Shown here: one piece after another, positions 61,099-64,000 of the stretch
How positions within the stretch are numbered: the first letter of the stretch is position 1
Layout of the letters: each line of letters starts with the position of its first letter
Assembly: GCA_000146465.1 (NCBI GenBank)
Contig: CP001951.1
Strand: one strand, 5' to 3'
Length of the DNA stretch: 64,000 bases
Translations under genes and position numbers: made by a program
Notes under the pieces: generated by a model
Told to the model about the DNA's origin: nothing
Seen by the model: only the letters and a program-made list of their open reading frames with translations
Databases searched by the model: none

Positions 61099-61593
61099 AT
61101 GCAGTACAAAGGGATCAACAGAATGACAAGGGAAAAGATACTTGCATCTGAGGAATTCAAGAAGATGAGGTCCCTTACACAATCAGATGTGATTCGGAGC
61201 ATCCAGTCTTTGGATTCTATAGGAGGTCTGGTCAGAGATACACCCCATCGATTTCTATGTCTTGTTCAGAAAATGGGAGCTATCTCCTTGGATGAAGATG
61301 TTATTGCTGCCAATCTGGGGGATTTCAGGCCTGAAGAGCCCCTACTCTCAAACTCCTCAATGGAAATGTTTCGCGGGAACGTCTGTTTCATAGCGGCTTC
61401 TCTCTTATATCTAAGACTTTCAAAGAGGTTCCATAAATACGAGTCCTTGGTTAGGTCGTTTCTGATGGACTTCAGGAAGGTACCCATGGTTGATGGAGAA
61501 AATAATAAGACGTTTATATACCTCGATGTACTCGCAGACGATTTGCTTAACAGGACCAGGGTGTTCAATGTCCATTTGAAGAAAACCTTCTAA
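61099..61593 (+). CDS. PRP38: Pre-mRNA splicing factor Prp38
   Basis: KILASEEFKKMRSLTQSDVIRSIQSLDSIGGLV..TPHRFLCLVQKM......FRGNVCFIAASLLYLRLSKRFHKYESLVRSFLMDFRK is colinear with the PRP38 N-terminal domain (KIIRTRIYES.YWKE.CFGLTAE.VVDKAMEL...KPTPFLCL.LKMLQI...YVRMLGALYMRLT). The track start is a TTG, so the first ATG (MQYKGINR) is used; MTREK at 61123 is an alternative. Confidence 0.6.
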   Translation: MQYKGINRMTREKILASEEFKKMRSLTQSDVIRSIQSLDSIGGLVRDTPHRFLCLVQKMGAISLDEDVIAANLGDFRPEEPLLSNSSMEMFRGNVCFIAASLLYLRLSKRFHKYESLVRSFLMDFRKVPMVDGENNKTFIYLDVLADDLLNRTRVFNVHLKKTF

Positions 61594-61652
61594 AGCCCGG
61601 TGGTTAAAGGCAAACACAGCCAAAATAGACAGAATAAACGGTCTTTAATACT

Positions 61653-64000
61653 TCATATTTTCTGCACAACTCTTTCTCCATTCAGAACTGCAGAGATTGA
61701 TTCCTTTTGATGGCTAGTCATTTCTGCAATGACTTTCTCAGCATAAGACCCGACTACTGGAGAAGAAAGTATCGAAGAGATGTATCCAAAAGGCTCAAAG
61801 TGGTCCAGGGCAGTCTCGAAGTAAATATCCTCTTCTAAGATATCCATTCCGCTGATGTCGCTTGCATCGAGATCTTCCTCATCTTCCGAGTCTACAGAAG
61901 ATGCTACAGCATCCTCATCATCCTTCATCTGGTTTCTTAGCCTTATGGCTGCAGGAAGCGAGGTAACAGTTGCTACAAGAGCCTTACCGAGGTTTCTAAC
62001 ATCAAGCTCAGGAAGATCCCCACTCTGGAGCCTACAGATTGTACCTATAAATAGGATGCATATCTTCTTGTCATGGACCCTCTTGAATTTGCTTTTCTGG
62101 CTGAAGAGCTTTTCAAAGAACTCCTGGAGATACTTCTGCTCTCGAAGAATCTGAATGGTCTCTCTCGGTCTTAGGATGAAGCAGTTCATTATCAACTCAA
62201 GCACATAAACCATTGCAGGGCCGTTTTCATCAATCATCTTCTCCCCAGACACCGCAACTGAAATGAAGAAGGGCAGTCTCGAAGGGTCCTTGCAAAGAAC
62301 TTCATTTCCTATGTTCAGAATAATCGATTCGATAATCCTGCATCCTCCTATGAAGTCGTCGTCAAAGAAGTTCTCTTCGTTGCACAAGCAAAGCTTTGAA
62401 ACCACAGAATAGATGCTTCCTAGTATGTTTGCATCCATTATGGTTGCTTTTCCATATGTTATGAAGTTATCAATTAGATCGGCAATTTCCGACGAGTATA
62501 CTGTGATTTCATCGATCGGGAGGTTCAGAATCATCTGGAAAAGACCCCACATCGATCCCTCTATTTCCTTGATCATAAACACATAGCCGTTGAGTATGTC
62601 CAAGGCCTCCTGGTAGAAGTCTGCCTTTTCCTCCTTCAAAATGAAGGATATCACATCATAGGAGTTGATATAGGAATGCCTGAGAGCCGGGGACCTTTGG
62701 TTAAGAGATAGAATGAGATTTTCCATACTTCGAAGAAATCCAGAAACCACCATCAGCTTGTTATCACCAGAGTCATTCTCATTCATAAGATGCGACAGTG
62801 TAATCCTGGATATCGATCCAACGAGTTCCGGTGCATATTTGGATATCTCCTCAGGATAGTACTCAATTATTGAGTCAAGCAGTATTGTCAGGGGCTCCAG
62901 ATCATATGTATTCGAAAGATTCAGTATCGACTCCACCGTCTCTGGAATCAGCTCCTTGAACTTCTCAGAGGCTGTCTCGTTGAACAGGAAAAACGACATT
63001 GCAAGTGTCCCCTCTACCTCCAGGACTTTGTGATTTGATTTCATGAGTTTGTGCACGTTAGTCATAGCCTCAAACACCAAGTCTCCCATGGGAAGATCCT
63101 CTTCTATTGTTGATAGAAAATAGCAAGCTTGGGACTTCAGAACCAACGAGCTTCCTTGGAGAGCTGGAATTACGTGGTTGGCTATAATGTATTCGAGAGC
63201 ACTTCTTGCTTTCTTCATCAGAGTTGATTTTATGTTTGCTAACAGAAAGAACGATCCATATGCCATTCTTATATTTTCCCTGCTAGGGCTTTCTTTGTAT
63301 GCTCCAAGGATGGAAACAAGGTAATTAACAATTCCCTGGAAGGCTTCCTGTTTCTGCTTTATCTTTGCCACAATCTCACAGAACAAAGTGTTTAGACTGT
63401 TTCTTAGATCATTACCAAAGAAGTTGTACTTTTCCCTTAAGTATTTGTCTGGGTCGTTTTCAAAGTCATCTTCCTCTGAATCTGACAGAGAATAAAGCGG
63501 CAGAATATATCCCGAGATAAAATACGAAAGATTCGGCTCCATGTAACGGAAAAACTCAGAATCCGATGTCAGCAACACAAAAAAGTCTATGGCATAGAGC
63601 TCGATGTCAACTGTATGTTCCGATCTCTCCTGAATGATCTTCAGGAATGTCCCATACACCATCTGGAACCTGTTCACATCTGTAACATATTCAGAAAGCT
63701 CGTTATTCTTGTAGAACTTCTTGACTCCTTTGCTGCAAGCCTTGTACATAAAGTATGCAGCCCATTTCTTACTTTCAAGCAGATTCTCGTCTGTACCTCT
63801 TAGATTTAGAATTCTAAGAGAGAGATTGAATACATATGAGAAAGTACTTATGGCAGAGAGAAAGTCTGGAATGGAGTAATAGCCGTAGGACTTGGTTAGC
63901 ACAATCATTCCTGTCTTCACCATGCTATAATTCCCTGATTCCAGGAACCCGTACACTTTTTCCAGAACATCTTTTCCGGCAGTATCAAACAGAAGCCCAA
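61653..64000 (-). CDS. Karyopherin-beta-family (importin/exportin-like) HEAT-repeat protein, 5' end outside window
   Basis: Over 780 aa of helical-repeat protein with an acidic patch (DSEDEEDLDASD). The reading frame stays open from 63956 to the window edge (the track start codon is a GTG), so the N-terminus is missing. The family call is tentative. Confidence 0.4.
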   Translation of the reverse strand, partial: GLLFDTAGKDVLEKVYGFLESGNYSMVKTGMIVLTKSYGYYSIPDFLSAISTFSYVFNLSLRILNLRGTDENLLESKKWAAYFMYKACSKGVKKFYKNNELSEYVTDVNRFQMVYGTFLKIIQERSEHTVDIELYAIDFFVLLTSDSEFFRYMEPNLSYFISGYILPLYSLSDSEEDDFENDPDKYLREKYNFFGNDLRNSLNTLFCEIVAKIKQKQEAFQGIVNYLVSILGAYKESPSRENIRMAYGSFFLLANIKSTLMKKARSALEYIIANHVIPALQGSSLVLKSQACYFLSTIEEDLPMGDLVFEAMTNVHKLMKSNHKVLEVEGTLAMSFFLFNETASEKFKELIPETVESILNLSNTYDLEPLTILLDSIIEYYPEEISKYAPELVGSISRITLSHLMNENDSGDNKLMVVSGFLRSMENLILSLNQRSPALRHSYINSYDVISFILKEEKADFYQEALDILNGYVFMIKEIEGSMWGLFQMILNLPIDEITVYSSEIADLIDNFITYGKATIMDANILGSIYSVVSKLCLCNEENFFDDDFIGGCRIIESIILNIGNEVLCKDPSRLPFFISVAVSGEKMIDENGPAMVYVLELIMNCFILRPRETIQILREQKYLQEFFEKLFSQKSKFKRVHDKKICILFIGTICRLQSGDLPELDVRNLGKALVATVTSLPAAIRLRNQMKDDEDAVASSVDSEDEEDLDASDISGMDILEEDIYFETALDHFEPFGYISSILSSPVVGSYAEKVIAEMTSHQKESISAVLNGERVVQKI

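Overview
The window is a chromosome end of a highly reduced, intron-poor microsporidian genome, probably Encephalitozoon or a close relative.

Reasons for that assignment:
- The genome is gene-dense (about one gene per kb) and AT-leaning, with eukaryotic housekeeping genes.
- The rRNAs are prokaryote-sized (SSU about 1.29 kb) and the 5.8S is fused into the LSU.
- Start codons are preceded by CCC-type motifs.
- There are three bacterial-type ADP/ATP nucleotide transporters (NTT/TLC).

Layout:
- Positions 1-3811 hold an rDNA unit on the minus strand (LSU 1..~2495, SSU 2521..3811), transcribed toward the window start, which is presumably the telomere side.
- A C-rich spacer follows (3812..~4045). 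The first core gene (CDC7 kinase) starts only about 580 bp from the SSU, so there is no subtelomeric gene-family buffer.
- The other 60 kb carries about 55 tightly packed protein genes and four tRNA genes (Asn-GUU, Val-CAC, Ser-GCU, Pro-CGG).
- Identified products include proteasome subunits (Rpt3, Rpn7, Rpn10, an alpha subunit), RPB2, CCT3, NAT10/Kre33, SR-alpha, cap N7-methyltransferase, kinesin-14, RPA1, UDG, HMG-CoA synthase, MBOAT, GPAT, PI3K/Vps34, Tim50-like, an MscS-like channel, Fhit-like HIT and PRP38.

The supplied ORF track treats GTG/TTG as starts, so several CDS starts were moved to the first ATG. Most ATG choices sit behind a C-run, as in Encephalitozoon.

No prokaryotic-style operon, CRISPR array, mobile element or defence locus is present. 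The things worth a second look are:
- the three-copy NTT cluster, which is horizontally acquired;
- a likely pseudokinase;
- a tiny G-box (CPAP/TCP10_C-like) protein;
- several orphan ORFs, including a 1073-aa one;
- unusually long gene-free gaps that may hide ncRNAs;
- the rDNA-proximal C-rich/G-run segment.

Hand-counted coordinates (tRNAs, moved starts) may be off by 1-2 nt.
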